Assembly (NCBI GenBank): GCA_947085095.1
Contig: CAMTVD010000039.1
Span: 1 to 13,334 of the forward strand
Direction of reading: 5' to 3'
Length of the DNA: 13,334 bases
Source: an uncultured Thermus sp.
Lineage (GTDB): Bacteria; Deinococcota; Deinococci; Deinococcales; Thermaceae
Numbering within the stretch: the first letter of the stretch is position 1; each line of letters begins with the position of its first letter. Positions 1 through 8,116 of the stretch are shown one piece after another. The position numbers and the translations under genes are program-made. The notes beneath the pieces were generated by a model. That model worked only from the letters and a program-made list of their open reading frames with translations. It was not told the origin of the DNA and did not search any database.

Positions 1-111
1 GACCATGGCGGCCCAGAGGCGGGTTTTCTTGTGGGTCTTCGGGTCCAGGGAGAGTTCCAGCAGGAGCCGGTCCTCCTCAGGGGTCAGCTGGATCTGAAGA
101 GGGGCTGCCAT
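1..111 (-). CDS. IS630-family transposase, N-terminal (HTH-region) fragment, 37 codons visible
   Basis: Manual translation from ATG at 111: MAAPLQIQLTPEEDRLLLELSLDPKTHKKTRLWAAMV, open to the window edge. Resembles the recalled MxAPLxIxLTxEED start of IS630 transposases. Not in the ORF track because it has no stop in the window. Confidence 0.8.
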   Translation of the reverse strand, partial: MAAPLQIQLTPEEDRLLLELSLDPKTHKKTRLWAAMV

Positions 112-136
112 GTTGACATGATAAGGGGTTGGCACT
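112..136. repeat. Left terminal inverted repeat of the IS630 element (25 bp, imperfect)
   Basis: Reverse complement AGTGCCAACCCCTTATCATGTCAAC vs right end AGTACCCTCCCCCAAGATTTTCAAC: 16/25 identical, with shared blocks AGT-CC, CCCC and TCAAC. Confidence 0.8.
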
Positions 137-472
137 TAGAAGGAGAACGGCCAGCCCTAGGCTCAGGGCGTGCTTCTGGCTGGCGCGGGCGGTCACGGGG
201 TGGGGATGGAAGGCATCCACGAAGACCAAGAAGAGGAAGTTCACCATGCTGGCCCCCAGGAGGTTCCCCACAGCGATGTCAGGCAGATCCTGGAGCAGGG
301 CGCTGGTGCTGCTGAAAAGCTCGGGAAGGCTCGTGGTGGCCGCCACCAGGAATAGCCCCACCAGGCTCCGCCCCATCCGGGTCTTCTCCGCCAACACATC
401 CCCGTAGAAGGCCACCCGGTGCCCTGCCAGGATCACCAGCAGGGCTACCCCCAGGAAGGCCAGGGCGGTCAT
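137..472 (-). pseudogene. Ca2+/cation (Na+/Ca2+, CaCA family) antiporter, 5' fragment interrupted by IS630
   Basis: Hydrophobic protein with alpha-1 repeat motif ATTSLPEL...AVGNLLGASMVN. Only 112 native codons precede the IS junction (CTT CTA|AGT). The last 19 aa of the 77..472 ORF are IS-derived. The start overlaps the CBS stop (ATGA). Confidence 0.85.
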
Positions 473-918
473 GCCTGGGCCTGTAAGGGCCTCAGGAGGT
501 CAAAGCGGGAGACGATGCCCACGGGTCTCCCCTTTTCGTCCACCACCGGCACGTGGTTGATGTCGTAGTCCAGCATGAGCCTGAGGACTTCCTTTAAAGG
601 CGCCTCGAGGCCCACGGCGTGCACGGGAGAGGTCATGATCTCCTCCACCTTGGTGGTACGGGCCTCTTGGAGGAGCCTTTCCAGCTGATCCCCGTTGAGG
701 AAGCGGCCCAGGAGCACGGGGGCGCGAAAGGTGGAGAAGGGAATACCCCTTTCCTTCAAGAAGTCGCTCTCGGTGACGATGCCCACAAGCCTCCCCTCCC
801 CATCCACCACCAAAACGCTCCCGATGTGCCTTTCCAGCATAAGCCGGGCCACTTCCTCCAGATTGGTCCCCAAGGGGACGCTGACCACCGGGCTCACCAT
901 GAGGTCTTTGGCCTTCAT
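469..918 (-). CDS. CBS-domain pair (Bateman module) protein, 149 aa
   Basis: Two CBS motifs (IGSVLVVDGEGRLVGIVTESDFL; INHVPVVDEKGRPVGIVSRFDLL). Start reassigned to ATG 918 ([12 protein letters not shown]), which follows a GGAAGGAGGG SD and overlaps the ATPase stop (ATGA). Confidence 0.92.
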   Translation of the reverse strand: MKAKDLMVSPVVSVPLGTNLEEVARLMLERHIGSVLVVDGEGRLVGIVTESDFLKERGIPFSTFRAPVLLGRFLNGDQLERLLQEARTTKVEEIMTSPVHAVGLEAPLKEVLRLMLDYDINHVPVVDEKGRPVGIVSRFDLLRPLQAQA

Positions 919-3329
919 CTCCCCTCCTTCCGCCATACTATCCGATCCACCGCCTCCGCCAGGCCCCAGGCCAGGAAGGCCGCCCCCAGGACCAAAAGCC
1001 ACGCCCAGAGGGGTATGGGGACCACCTGAAGGAGTCCGGGAACCAGCGTGCCCACGAGGAGTTGCAGGAGGACCTCCAGGACGACGATGCTATTCAGGTA
1101 GGGGTTGGGAAGGGGGTTGATGTGGGTGCGCCGGGCGGGGTAGGCGAAGAACAGCTGGCCTATGGCCATGAAGTGGAAAACGGCGCTTTGCACAACCTCC
1201 ACATCCAGCCAAAGGGGCAGGAGGAGCAACAAGGCCAAGGTCATGCCCGCCTTCAGCGAGCCCGTCAGGAGGATAAAACGGACGGAAGGACCGTCCAGCA
1301 GAGGGCTATCCTTCGGCCTTGGAGGTCGGGACAAAACCCCGGGGTTTTTGTCCAGGCCCAGGGCCAAGGCAGGAGGGCCATCGGTCACGAAGTTGATCCA
1401 AAGGACCTGCAGGGCGGTGAGGGGGAGGAGGAGGTGGCCCTGGGCGTCCCGCAGACCCGCCAAGACCGCCAGCACCATCCCCAAGGCGATCACCAGAACA
1501 AGGGACACGTTGGTGGAGAAGACGAAGCGGATGAACTTCTGGATGTTCTCGTAGATGTTCCGCCCCTCCTCAATGGCGGCCACGATGGTGGCGAAGTTGT
1601 CGTCCAGAAGGACCAGGTCCGCCACCTCCCGGCTCACGTCCGAGCCCCGCTTCCCCATGGCCACGCCCACGTCGGCCCGCTTCAGGGCCGGGGCGTCGTT
1701 CACCCCGTCCCCGGTCATGGCCACCACCTCCCCAGCCTTCTGGAAGGCCTCCACGATGCGCAGCTTGTCCTCGGGCCGGACTCGGGCGAAGACGTCCACC
1801 TCCAGAAGCTCCTCGTCGGAAAGCTCCCCGATCTCCTCCCCCGTGGCCACCACCTCGGCGGGGATCCCCACCATGCGGGCGATGGCGAGGGCGGTGGCGG
1901 GGTGGTCGCCGGTCACCATGACCACCCGCACCCCCGCCTTCAAGATCCGGGCCACGGCCTCGGGCACCTCGGGCCGCGGGGGGTCCAGAAGGAGGACCAG
2001 GCCCAAGAAGGAAAGCCCTTCCTCCCGCTCCCCTTCCCCATAGGCCAGGGCCAGGACCCGGAACCCCCTGGCGGCGTGGGCCTCGGCCTCCTCAAGAAGC
2101 CTGGCCTTCTCCTCTTCGCTAAGGGCCAGCCTAGGGATCAGGGCTTCGGGGGCCCCCTTGAGGAAGCTTCCCTTGGGGGTGGTGACCCGCATGAACTTCC
2201 AGGCGCTGTCAAAGGGCCTTTCGGAAAGGCGGGGGTTTTCCCGCCGGGCCCGTTCCACGTCCAGGTGCTGGGCGGCGTAGCGGAGAAGGCCCAGCTCCAA
2301 GGGGTCCCCGGCCCCCGTGGCCAGGTCGGCATCGTTGCAGAGGACCATGGCGAGGAGGGCCTTCTCCCGGTCCCGGGCGATGAGCTCCTGGACCTCCATG
2401 CGGTTTTCCGTGAGGGTTCCGGTCTTGTCCGTGGCGATGAGGGTCACGCTCCCCAGGGCCTCCACGGCCGAGAGGCGGCGCACCACCGCCTTCCTCCTGG
2501 CCATGCGCTCCACCCCTAGGGCCAAGGTGAGGGTGAGGACGGCGGGAAGCCCCTCGGGCACGGCGGCCACCGCCAGGGCCACGGCGAAGAGGACCATCCT
2601 AAAGGAGGGCCCCTCCACCAGGAAGCCCAGGAGGACCAGGGCCAGGGCCAGAAGCAGGACCCACCGGGCCACCCGGTGGCCGAAGGCGGTGAGGCGGCGC
2701 TCCAGGGGGGTCTTCTCCTCCTCCGTCTCCAGGAGGAGCCCGGCGATGCGGCCCATGGCGCTCCCTAGCCCGGTGCGGGTCACCTCCAGAAGGGCCCGGC
2801 CCCGGACCAGGAGGGTCCCGGCGTAGACCTCCTCCCCGGCGCCCTTTTCCACGGGAACGCTCTCCCCGGTGAGGACGCTCTCGTCCACCAGGACCCCGTG
2901 GGCCTCCAGGAGGCGGCCGTCGGCGGGCACCCGGTCCCCGGCCTCGAGGCGCACCACGTCCCCGGGGACGATCTCCCGGGCGGGGAGCCGCTTGAACTCC
3001 CCGTCCCTCAGAACCCAGGCCACGGGCTCCGCCAGGGCCTTGAGGCGCCTTAAGGCCTCCTCGGAGCGCTTCTCCTGCAAAGCCCCTAAGGTGGCGTTCA
3101 GGAGGAGGATGGCCAGGATGGCCAAGGACTCCAGAGGCACCCCTTCCGCCCCCTCGGCCAGCCACAGGCTAAGGTCCACCACCAGGGCGAAGAGGAGGAT
3201 GTAGATGAGGGGGCTTTGAAACTGGCGCAGGAACTTGAGGACCAAGGGCTCCCCGGGCTTTTCCGGGAGGGCGTTGGGCCCGTATTCCTGCAGTCTCTTC
3301 CTGGCCTCTTCGGAGGAAAGCCCGCGCAC
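915..3329 (-). CDS. P-type cation-transporting ATPase, P2A-like (Ca2+/Mn2+ type), 804 aa
   Basis: Motifs TGES, PEGLP, DKTGTLT (phosphorylated Asp), [20 protein letters not shown] and M6 [15 protein letters not shown] start. Confidence 0.95.
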   Translation of the reverse strand: MRGLSSEEARKRLQEYGPNALPEKPGEPLVLKFLRQFQSPLIYILLFALVVDLSLWLAEGAEGVPLESLAILAILLLNATLGALQEKRSEEALRRLKALAEPVAWVLRDGEFKRLPAREIVPGDVVRLEAGDRVPADGRLLEAHGVLVDESVLTGESVPVEKGAGEEVYAGTLLVRGRALLEVTRTGLGSAMGRIAGLLLETEEEKTPLERRLTAFGHRVARWVLLLALALVLLGFLVEGPSFRMVLFAVALAVAAVPEGLPAVLTLTLALGVERMARRKAVVRRLSAVEALGSVTLIATDKTGTLTENRMEVQELIARDREKALLAMVLCNDADLATGAGDPLELGLLRYAAQHLDVERARRENPRLSERPFDSAWKFMRVTTPKGSFLKGAPEALIPRLALSEEEKARLLEEAEAHAARGFRVLALAYGEGEREEGLSFLGLVLLLDPPRPEVPEAVARILKAGVRVVMVTGDHPATALAIARMVGIPAEVVATGEEIGELSDEELLEVDVFARVRPEDKLRIVEAFQKAGEVVAMTGDGVNDAPALKRADVGVAMGKRGSDVSREVADLVLLDDNFATIVAAIEEGRNIYENIQKFIRFVFSTNVSLVLVIALGMVLAVLAGLRDAQGHLLLPLTALQVLWINFVTDGPPALALGLDKNPGVLSRPPRPKDSPLLDGPSVRFILLTGSLKAGMTLALLLLLPLWLDVEVVQSAVFHFMAIGQLFFAYPARRTHINPLPNPYLNSIVVLEVLLQLLVGTLVPGLLQVVPIPLWAWLLVLGAAFLAWGLAEAVDRIVWRKEGR

Positions 3330-3335
3330 AAAGGC

Positions 3336-3341
3336 AATATA
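3336..3341 (-). promoter_or_regulatory. -10 hexamer TATATT, 6 nt upstream of the ATPase GTG (leaderless-type promoter)
   Basis: Minus strand reads TATATT-gccttt-GTG, with no Shine-Dalgarno. Confidence 0.65.
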
Positions 3342-3406
3342 CCCGATGGGCCGTGGGCCGAGTACCCCGCCTGCGAGGACCCCAAAGAACCGCCGAGGCT
3401 CGGTGA

Positions 3407-4021
<615 letters not shown>

Positions 4022-4026
4022 GGCTG

Positions 4027-4035
4027 TGGTAGACT
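4027..4035 (+). promoter_or_regulatory. Candidate extended -10 promoter (TG-n-TAGACT) for galE
   Basis: TGGTAGACT lies in the short intergenic gap, followed by SD GGAGG (4054-4058) and ATG 4064. Confidence 0.45.
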
Positions 4036-4063
4036 CCCTCCGGGCTTGGGCCCGGAGGTGAAG

Positions 4064-4996
4064 ATGCGCGTACTGATCACGGGCGGCGCCGGCTTCATCG
4101 GGAGCCACATCGCCGAGGCCCTTCTGCGGGAGGGCCTCGAGGTGGCGGTATTGGACAACCTCTCCACGGGCAAGCGGGAAAACGTCCCCCCGGGGGTCCC
4201 CTTCTACCAGGTGGACCTGAGGGACGGGGAGGGGGTGGAGCGGGTCTTCCGGGAGTTCCGCCCCACCCACGTCTCCCACCAGGCGGCCCAGGCCTCGGTC
4301 AAGGTGAGCGTGGAGGACCCCCTTCTGGACTTCGCCGTAAACCTGGTGGGGGGGATGAACCTCCTGGAGGCCTGCCGGAGGCACGGCGTGGAGAAGCTGG
4401 TCTTCGCCTCCACCGGCGGGGCCATCTACGGGGAGGTGCCCGAGGGGGAGGCCGCCGAGGAGACCTGGCCCCCCAGGCCCAAAAGCCCCTACGCCGCCAG
4501 CAAGGCGGCCTTTGAGCACTACCTCTCCGCTTACGGGCAGAACTACGGCCTCAGGTGGGTCTCCTTGCGGTACGGCAACGTCTACGGGCCCAGGCAGGAC
4601 CCCCACGGGGAGGCGGGGGTGGTGGCCATCTTCGCCGAGCGGGTCCTTAAAGGGGAGCCCGTGACCCTCTACGCCAGGAGGACCCCGGGGGACGAGGGGT
4701 GCGTGCGGGACTACGTTTATGTGGGCGACGTGGCCGAGGCCCACACCCTGGCCCTGAAGGGGCTGGAAGGGGTCTACAACGTGGGCACCGGGGAGGGGCA
4801 CACCACCCTCGAGGTCCTAAAGGCCGTGGCGGAGGCCGCCGGGAAGACCCCCGAGGTGCGCCATGCCCCCCCGCGCCCCGGGGACCTGGAAAGGAGCGTC
4901 CTCTCCCCCGTGAAGCTCATGGCCCACGGCTGGCGGCCCCGGGTGGGCTTTGGGGAGGGCATCCGGCTCACCGTGGACCACTTTCGGGGTCGTTGA
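4064..4996 (+). CDS. galE: UDP-glucose 4-epimerase-type NAD-dependent epimerase/dehydratase, 310 aa
   Basis: TGGAGFIG NAD-binding motif, ASTGGAIYG, catalytic YAASK, LRYGNVYGPRQ and RDYVYVGDVA. SD GGAGG is 5 nt before ATG 4064. Confidence 0.88.
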   Translation: MRVLITGGAGFIGSHIAEALLREGLEVAVLDNLSTGKRENVPPGVPFYQVDLRDGEGVERVFREFRPTHVSHQAAQASVKVSVEDPLLDFAVNLVGGMNLLEACRRHGVEKLVFASTGGAIYGEVPEGEAAEETWPPRPKSPYAASKAAFEHYLSAYGQNYGLRWVSLRYGNVYGPRQDPHGEAGVVAIFAERVLKGEPVTLYARRTPGDEGCVRDYVYVGDVAEAHTLALKGLEGVYNVGTGEGHTTLEVLKAVAEAAGKTPEVRHAPPRPGDLERSVLSPVKLMAHGWRPRVGFGEGIRLTVDHFRGR

Positions 4997-5026
4997 CCCA
5001 CCCGAAAGCGGACGCACCAGCCCGGG

Positions 5027-6457
5027 CTAGGGGGCTTGGCCCTCACCCTGGCCCCGGGCCTCCCAAGCCTGGTTCTGGGACACCTGGCCCTCCTCGGGCT
5101 CAAGGCGCTGCAGCCACCTGCGGGCCAGGCGCACCCTGGCGCGCAGGGCCCCCAGGGCCTTGAGGTCCTCCTTGAGGCGCTTTTTGGCCCGGGAAAGGGC
5201 CTCAGCCCTGGCCCTGGGCCCCACCCCACCCAAGACCTCCCGCCGCGAGAAAAAGGCCTCGAGGCTCACCCAGGACAGAAGCTCCTCCCGCTCTACCCCC
5301 AAGAGCTCAGGCCTCAGGCCAGGAAGCGCCCCCTGCACCCGACGGTAGGCCTCGGGCAAGGGAATGCCCTTCCGCACCAGGAGGTCCATGGCCTCCGAGG
5401 CCAGGACCTCAGGGGAAAGCTCCTCCACCAGGCGCTCAGGAGCGAAATCCCCCTCCTCGAGGGCCGCACGGGTGAGTTCCAGGGCAGCCTCGCCCGCCTC
5501 CAAGACCTCGTCCAAGGGCTCCAGGACCCCGGTGGAGTGGTCGTTCAGGTCGGTGAAGGGGGTGTTGTGGTTGAGGAAAGCGAGGGGGCTGGCTCCGCCC
5601 AGAAGCCTGGCCGCATAGATGCGGGCGTGCTCCAAGACCACGGGGTTTTGCTTCTGGGGCATGAAGCTGGACCCCTGGGAAAGCCTTTCCCCCACAAGGA
5701 AGGCCCCCCGGCCCGCCCAGAAGAGGAGGTCGGTGAGGAGGCGGGAGAGGCTCGCCCCCAAGGCCTGTAGAGCGGAGGCCAGCTCCAGGGCATAGTCCCC
5801 CGAGGCCACCGCGTCCAGGGTGTTCTCCACCGGGGCCTCAAAGCCCAGCAGGGCCGCCAGGCGGTGCCGGTCCACCGGGTAGGGGGTTCCCGCCAGGGCG
5901 CTGGCCCCCAAGGGGGAGCGGTTCAGGTTGGCAAGCGCCCGGAAGAGCCGCTGGGTGTCGCGGGCCAAAAGGCCTTCCGCACCCAAGAGGTAGTGGTCCA
6001 GGGTGGAGGGCTGGGCGGGGCGGTGGTGGGTGTGGAGGACCACGGGCACACCCTCCACCCGTTGGGCCAGGGAGAGAACCGCCTGCCTCAGGCGGAGGAG
6101 GTCCCCCAGAAGGGCCAGGGTCCGGTCCCGGAGGTAGGCCCGGAAGACGGTGAGGTCCAGGTCGTTGCGGGAAAGCCCCCGGCGCACCGCCCCCGCCACC
6201 TCCTCCCCCCAGTGCTCGGCAAGCTGGGCCTGGATGGAGAAGAAGACGTCCTCCACCTCCCCGGTGAAGCTGGGAAGGGGCAGGGTGCGAAGCTCCCTTA
6301 GGGCGGCCGCCGCCTCCTTGGCGTGGGGCAGGCCCAGGCGGGCAAGCTCCAGGGCATAGGCGGTGAGGGCATCAAAGAAGTGGGGGACCAGGGCCTCGCG
6401 GGCGAAGCGGTAGTGCCGGGCCAGGACCCAGCGGCGGAAGACCCCGTGCCAGCGCAT
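5027..6457 (-). CDS. Argininosuccinate-lyase-like (fumarase/aspartase superfamily) lyase, divergent paralog, 476 aa
   Basis: Conserved regions SRNDL, THHRPAQP, SPLGASALAGT and signature GSSFMPQKQNP. Lacks canonical ArgH features (WGGRF N-terminus, YNKDLQE). Confidence 0.88.
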   Translation of the reverse strand: MRWHGVFRRWVLARHYRFAREALVPHFFDALTAYALELARLGLPHAKEAAAALRELRTLPLPSFTGEVEDVFFSIQAQLAEHWGEEVAGAVRRGLSRNDLDLTVFRAYLRDRTLALLGDLLRLRQAVLSLAQRVEGVPVVLHTHHRPAQPSTLDHYLLGAEGLLARDTQRLFRALANLNRSPLGASALAGTPYPVDRHRLAALLGFEAPVENTLDAVASGDYALELASALQALGASLSRLLTDLLFWAGRGAFLVGERLSQGSSFMPQKQNPVVLEHARIYAARLLGGASPLAFLNHNTPFTDLNDHSTGVLEPLDEVLEAGEAALELTRAALEEGDFAPERLVEELSPEVLASEAMDLLVRKGIPLPEAYRRVQGALPGLRPELLGVEREELLSWVSLEAFFSRREVLGGVGPRARAEALSRAKKRLKEDLKALGALRARVRLARRWLQRLEPEEGQVSQNQAWEARGQGEGQAP

Positions 6458-6463
6458 GCCCTT

Positions 6464-6469
6464 AGGCTA
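6464..6469 (-). promoter_or_regulatory. -10 hexamer TAGCCT (uses the plsY stop TAG), 6 nt before the lyase ATG
   Basis: Minus strand reads TAGCCT-aagggc-ATG(6457). Confidence 0.5.
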
Positions 6470-7009
6470 CTCCCGGTCCCAGTCCTTGAGGTGGCGGAAG
6501 GCCACGGGAAGCCCCACCCCCAGGCCAAAGAGGAGGTGGGCCGGGGTCCCGCCCACCATGGCGGCGAGCAGGGGAAAGGCCAGGGCCACCGCTAAGACCG
6601 CCCGGTAAGGCCTCTTGAAGGCGGCGTAGAGGAGGAGGATGAGGAGAAGGGCCAAGAGGAGGAGCCTGGGGTCCACCGCCAGGAGGACCCCCGCCCCCGG
6701 GGCCAGGGCCTTCCCGCCCCGGAAGAGGAGCCAGGGAGAAAAGGCGTGCCCCCAGACCGCTCCCACACCTCCCCAAAACCCGCCCCAGGGGCTTCCCGCA
6801 ACCCCCTCCCCCACGGCCACGGCCAGGGCCCCCTTGAAGAGGTCCAAAAGGAGGACCAAAAGCCCCGGGAAAGGCCCCAGGAGCCGAAGGGCGTTCAGGG
6901 CCCCGGGATTGCCCGAGCCCTCCCTCAGGAGGTCCCTCCCCCTCAGGGCCCCAAACCAGTAGGCCACGGGAAGGCTTCCCAGGAAGTAGCCGAGGAGGAA
7001 GGCGGTCAT
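6467..7009 (-). CDS. plsY: PlsY-family glycerol-3-phosphate acyltransferase-like membrane protein, 180 aa
   Basis: YFLGSLP, GSGNPGALNALR, DLFKG and GHAFSPWLLFRGGK motifs. The true start is ATG 7009 (MTAFLLGY), overlapping the sufE stop (ATGA). Motif 3 is atypical (RHLKDW). Confidence 0.85.
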   Translation of the reverse strand: MTAFLLGYFLGSLPVAYWFGALRGRDLLREGSGNPGALNALRLLGPFPGLLVLLLDLFKGALAVAVGEGVAGSPWGGFWGGVGAVWGHAFSPWLLFRGGKALAPGAGVLLAVDPRLLLLALLLILLLYAAFKRPYRAVLAVALAFPLLAAMVGGTPAHLLFGLGVGLPVAFRHLKDWDRE

Positions 7010-7416
7010 GCCAGGGCGCGGCGAATCTGCTCCTGGAGCCTCATGAGGGCGGCCTCGAGGCCCCGAAGCCGCAAGGGGGTGAGAAGCTCCTCCAGCCCCG
7101 CCCCTTGGTAGAAGGTGGGGGGGATGGCCAAAACCGCCTCCGGGGCCTCCCCCTCCAGCCCCTCCTTGAGGAGACCGGCGAAGGCCTTCACCGTGGGGGC
7201 CTCGTCGGGCACAGCGAAGTGGAGGCGAACCCTGCCCCCTTCCACCTCCGCCCTCAGGAAGAAGGGGGTCTGGCATTCCGGCACCCGTTCCAGCTCCACC
7301 CCCCCTGGGGGTGCCGGTACCTTCTTGGCGTAGTCCAGGAGGACCTGGGCCTTGAGCTCCTTGGGCAGGGCGCGGAAGAGGTCCAAGGCCTCTTGCAGGC
7401 GTGTGGGCAGGCTCAC
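7006..7416 (-). CDS. sufE: SufE-family sulfur acceptor (cysteine desulfuration) protein, 136 aa
   Basis: VPECQTPFF with the acceptor Cys, EAPTVKAFAGLL and LTPLRLRGL. GTG start. Confidence 0.92.
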   Translation of the reverse strand: MSLPTRLQEALDLFRALPKELKAQVLLDYAKKVPAPPGGVELERVPECQTPFFLRAEVEGGRVRLHFAVPDEAPTVKAFAGLLKEGLEGEAPEAVLAIPPTFYQGAGLEELLTPLRLRGLEAALMRLQEQIRRALA

Positions 7417-7422
7417 CTCTTT

Positions 7423-7428
7423 AGCTTA
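7423..7428 (-). promoter_or_regulatory. -10 hexamer TAAGCT (uses the SDR stop TAA), 6 nt before the sufE GTG
   Basis: Minus strand reads TAAGCT-aaagag-GTG(7416). Confidence 0.5.
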
Positions 7429-8112
7429 CCCCTTGGCGGGCCGGGTGGGCCGGAGCTCCATCTCGCTCAAGAGGGCCCTCTCCGGCATCTCCAGGGCGAA
7501 GAGGATGGCCCGGGCCACGTCCTCCGGGGCAAGCTTCCAGCCCTCCCCCACCGGGTTCCCGGCGAAGCCCGTGTCCACGGAGCCGGGAAGGACGTTGACC
7601 ACCCGGATCCCCTCCTCCCTCAGCTCCAGCATGGCCGCCCCCATGAGGCCCAGGAGGCCGAACTTGCTGGCGTTGTAGGCGGCCCCGCCCTTGAAGGGGT
7701 TCTTGCCGGCCAGGCTCCCCACGTTGACCACCACGCCCTTGGCCTCCCGCAGGAGGGGAAGGGCCGCCTTCAGGCCCAGGAAGGGACCGATCAGGTTCAC
7801 CTCCAGGACCTCCCGCACCTCCTCTTCAGAAAGCTCCGCCACGGGCTTCATGAGGCCGATCCCGGCGTTGTTGACCAGGGCGAAAAGCCCCCCGAAGGCC
7901 TCCTCCATCCTCGCCACGGCCCTTTCCCAGTCCTCCCGGCGCCGCACGTCCCCGGGCAGGGGCAAGGCCCCCTCCCCCAGTTCCCGGGCCAGGGCCTCCA
8001 GCCTGGCCCCATCCCGGGCCATCAGGCCCACCTTGTATCCCCTGGAGTGGAGGAGGCGGGCCGTGGCCTCGCCGATGCCCCGGCTCGCCCCCGTGATCAG
8101 GACCGGCCGCAT
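7426..8112 (-). CDS. Short-chain dehydrogenase/reductase (classical SDR), 228 aa
   Basis: [12 protein letters not shown], catalytic S...YNASK and VLPGSVDT. Substrate unknown. Confidence 0.93.
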   Translation of the reverse strand: MRPVLITGASRGIGEATARLLHSRGYKVGLMARDGARLEALARELGEGALPLPGDVRRREDWERAVARMEEAFGGLFALVNNAGIGLMKPVAELSEEEVREVLEVNLIGPFLGLKAALPLLREAKGVVVNVGSLAGKNPFKGGAAYNASKFGLLGLMGAAMLELREEGIRVVNVLPGSVDTGFAGNPVGEGWKLAPEDVARAILFALEMPERALLSEMELRPTRPAKG

Positions 8113-8116
8113 GCCC

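Larger units (their letters stand above)
1..136 (-). mobile_element. IS630-family insertion sequence, left end (partial; element continues off the window start)
   Basis: The antiporter sequence stops abruptly at TA 137-138. The minus strand then reads AGTGCCAACCCCTTATCATGTCAAC-ATG, a 25-bp end matching 13202-13226 as an inverted repeat (16/25). A transposase-like N-terminus follows. A TA target in C-TA-G context is characteristic of IS630. Confidence 0.88.

Noticed and set aside
77..136. C-terminal SANPLSCQHGSPSSDPADP of the 131-aa ORF as native antiporter sequence
   Set aside because: It is read-through into the IS end. The hydrophobic pattern stops at the TA junction.
919..1002. Gly-rich N-terminal extension of the CBS ORF
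   Set aside because: It overlaps the ATPase 3' end in another frame. The SD and ATGA overlap support ATG 918.
1062..2519. 485-aa plus-strand ORF and other long antisense ORFs (3098-3898, 3947-4801, 5036-5770, 7105-8298, 11938-12675)
   Set aside because: These are shadow frames of genuine genes in high-GC DNA, with no motifs and biased composition.
4997..5026. Intrinsic terminator between the convergent galE and lyase genes
   Set aside because: Only a 3-bp CCG-AAAG-CGG stem, with no U-tract on either strand.
5027..6457. Assigning the symbol argH
   Set aside because: The arginine-binding segments are divergent and there is no arg gene context.
7010..7276. Long N-terminal extension of the plsY ORF (269-aa call)
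   Set aside because: It lies within sufE in another frame. PlsY homology starts at MTAFLLGY (7009).
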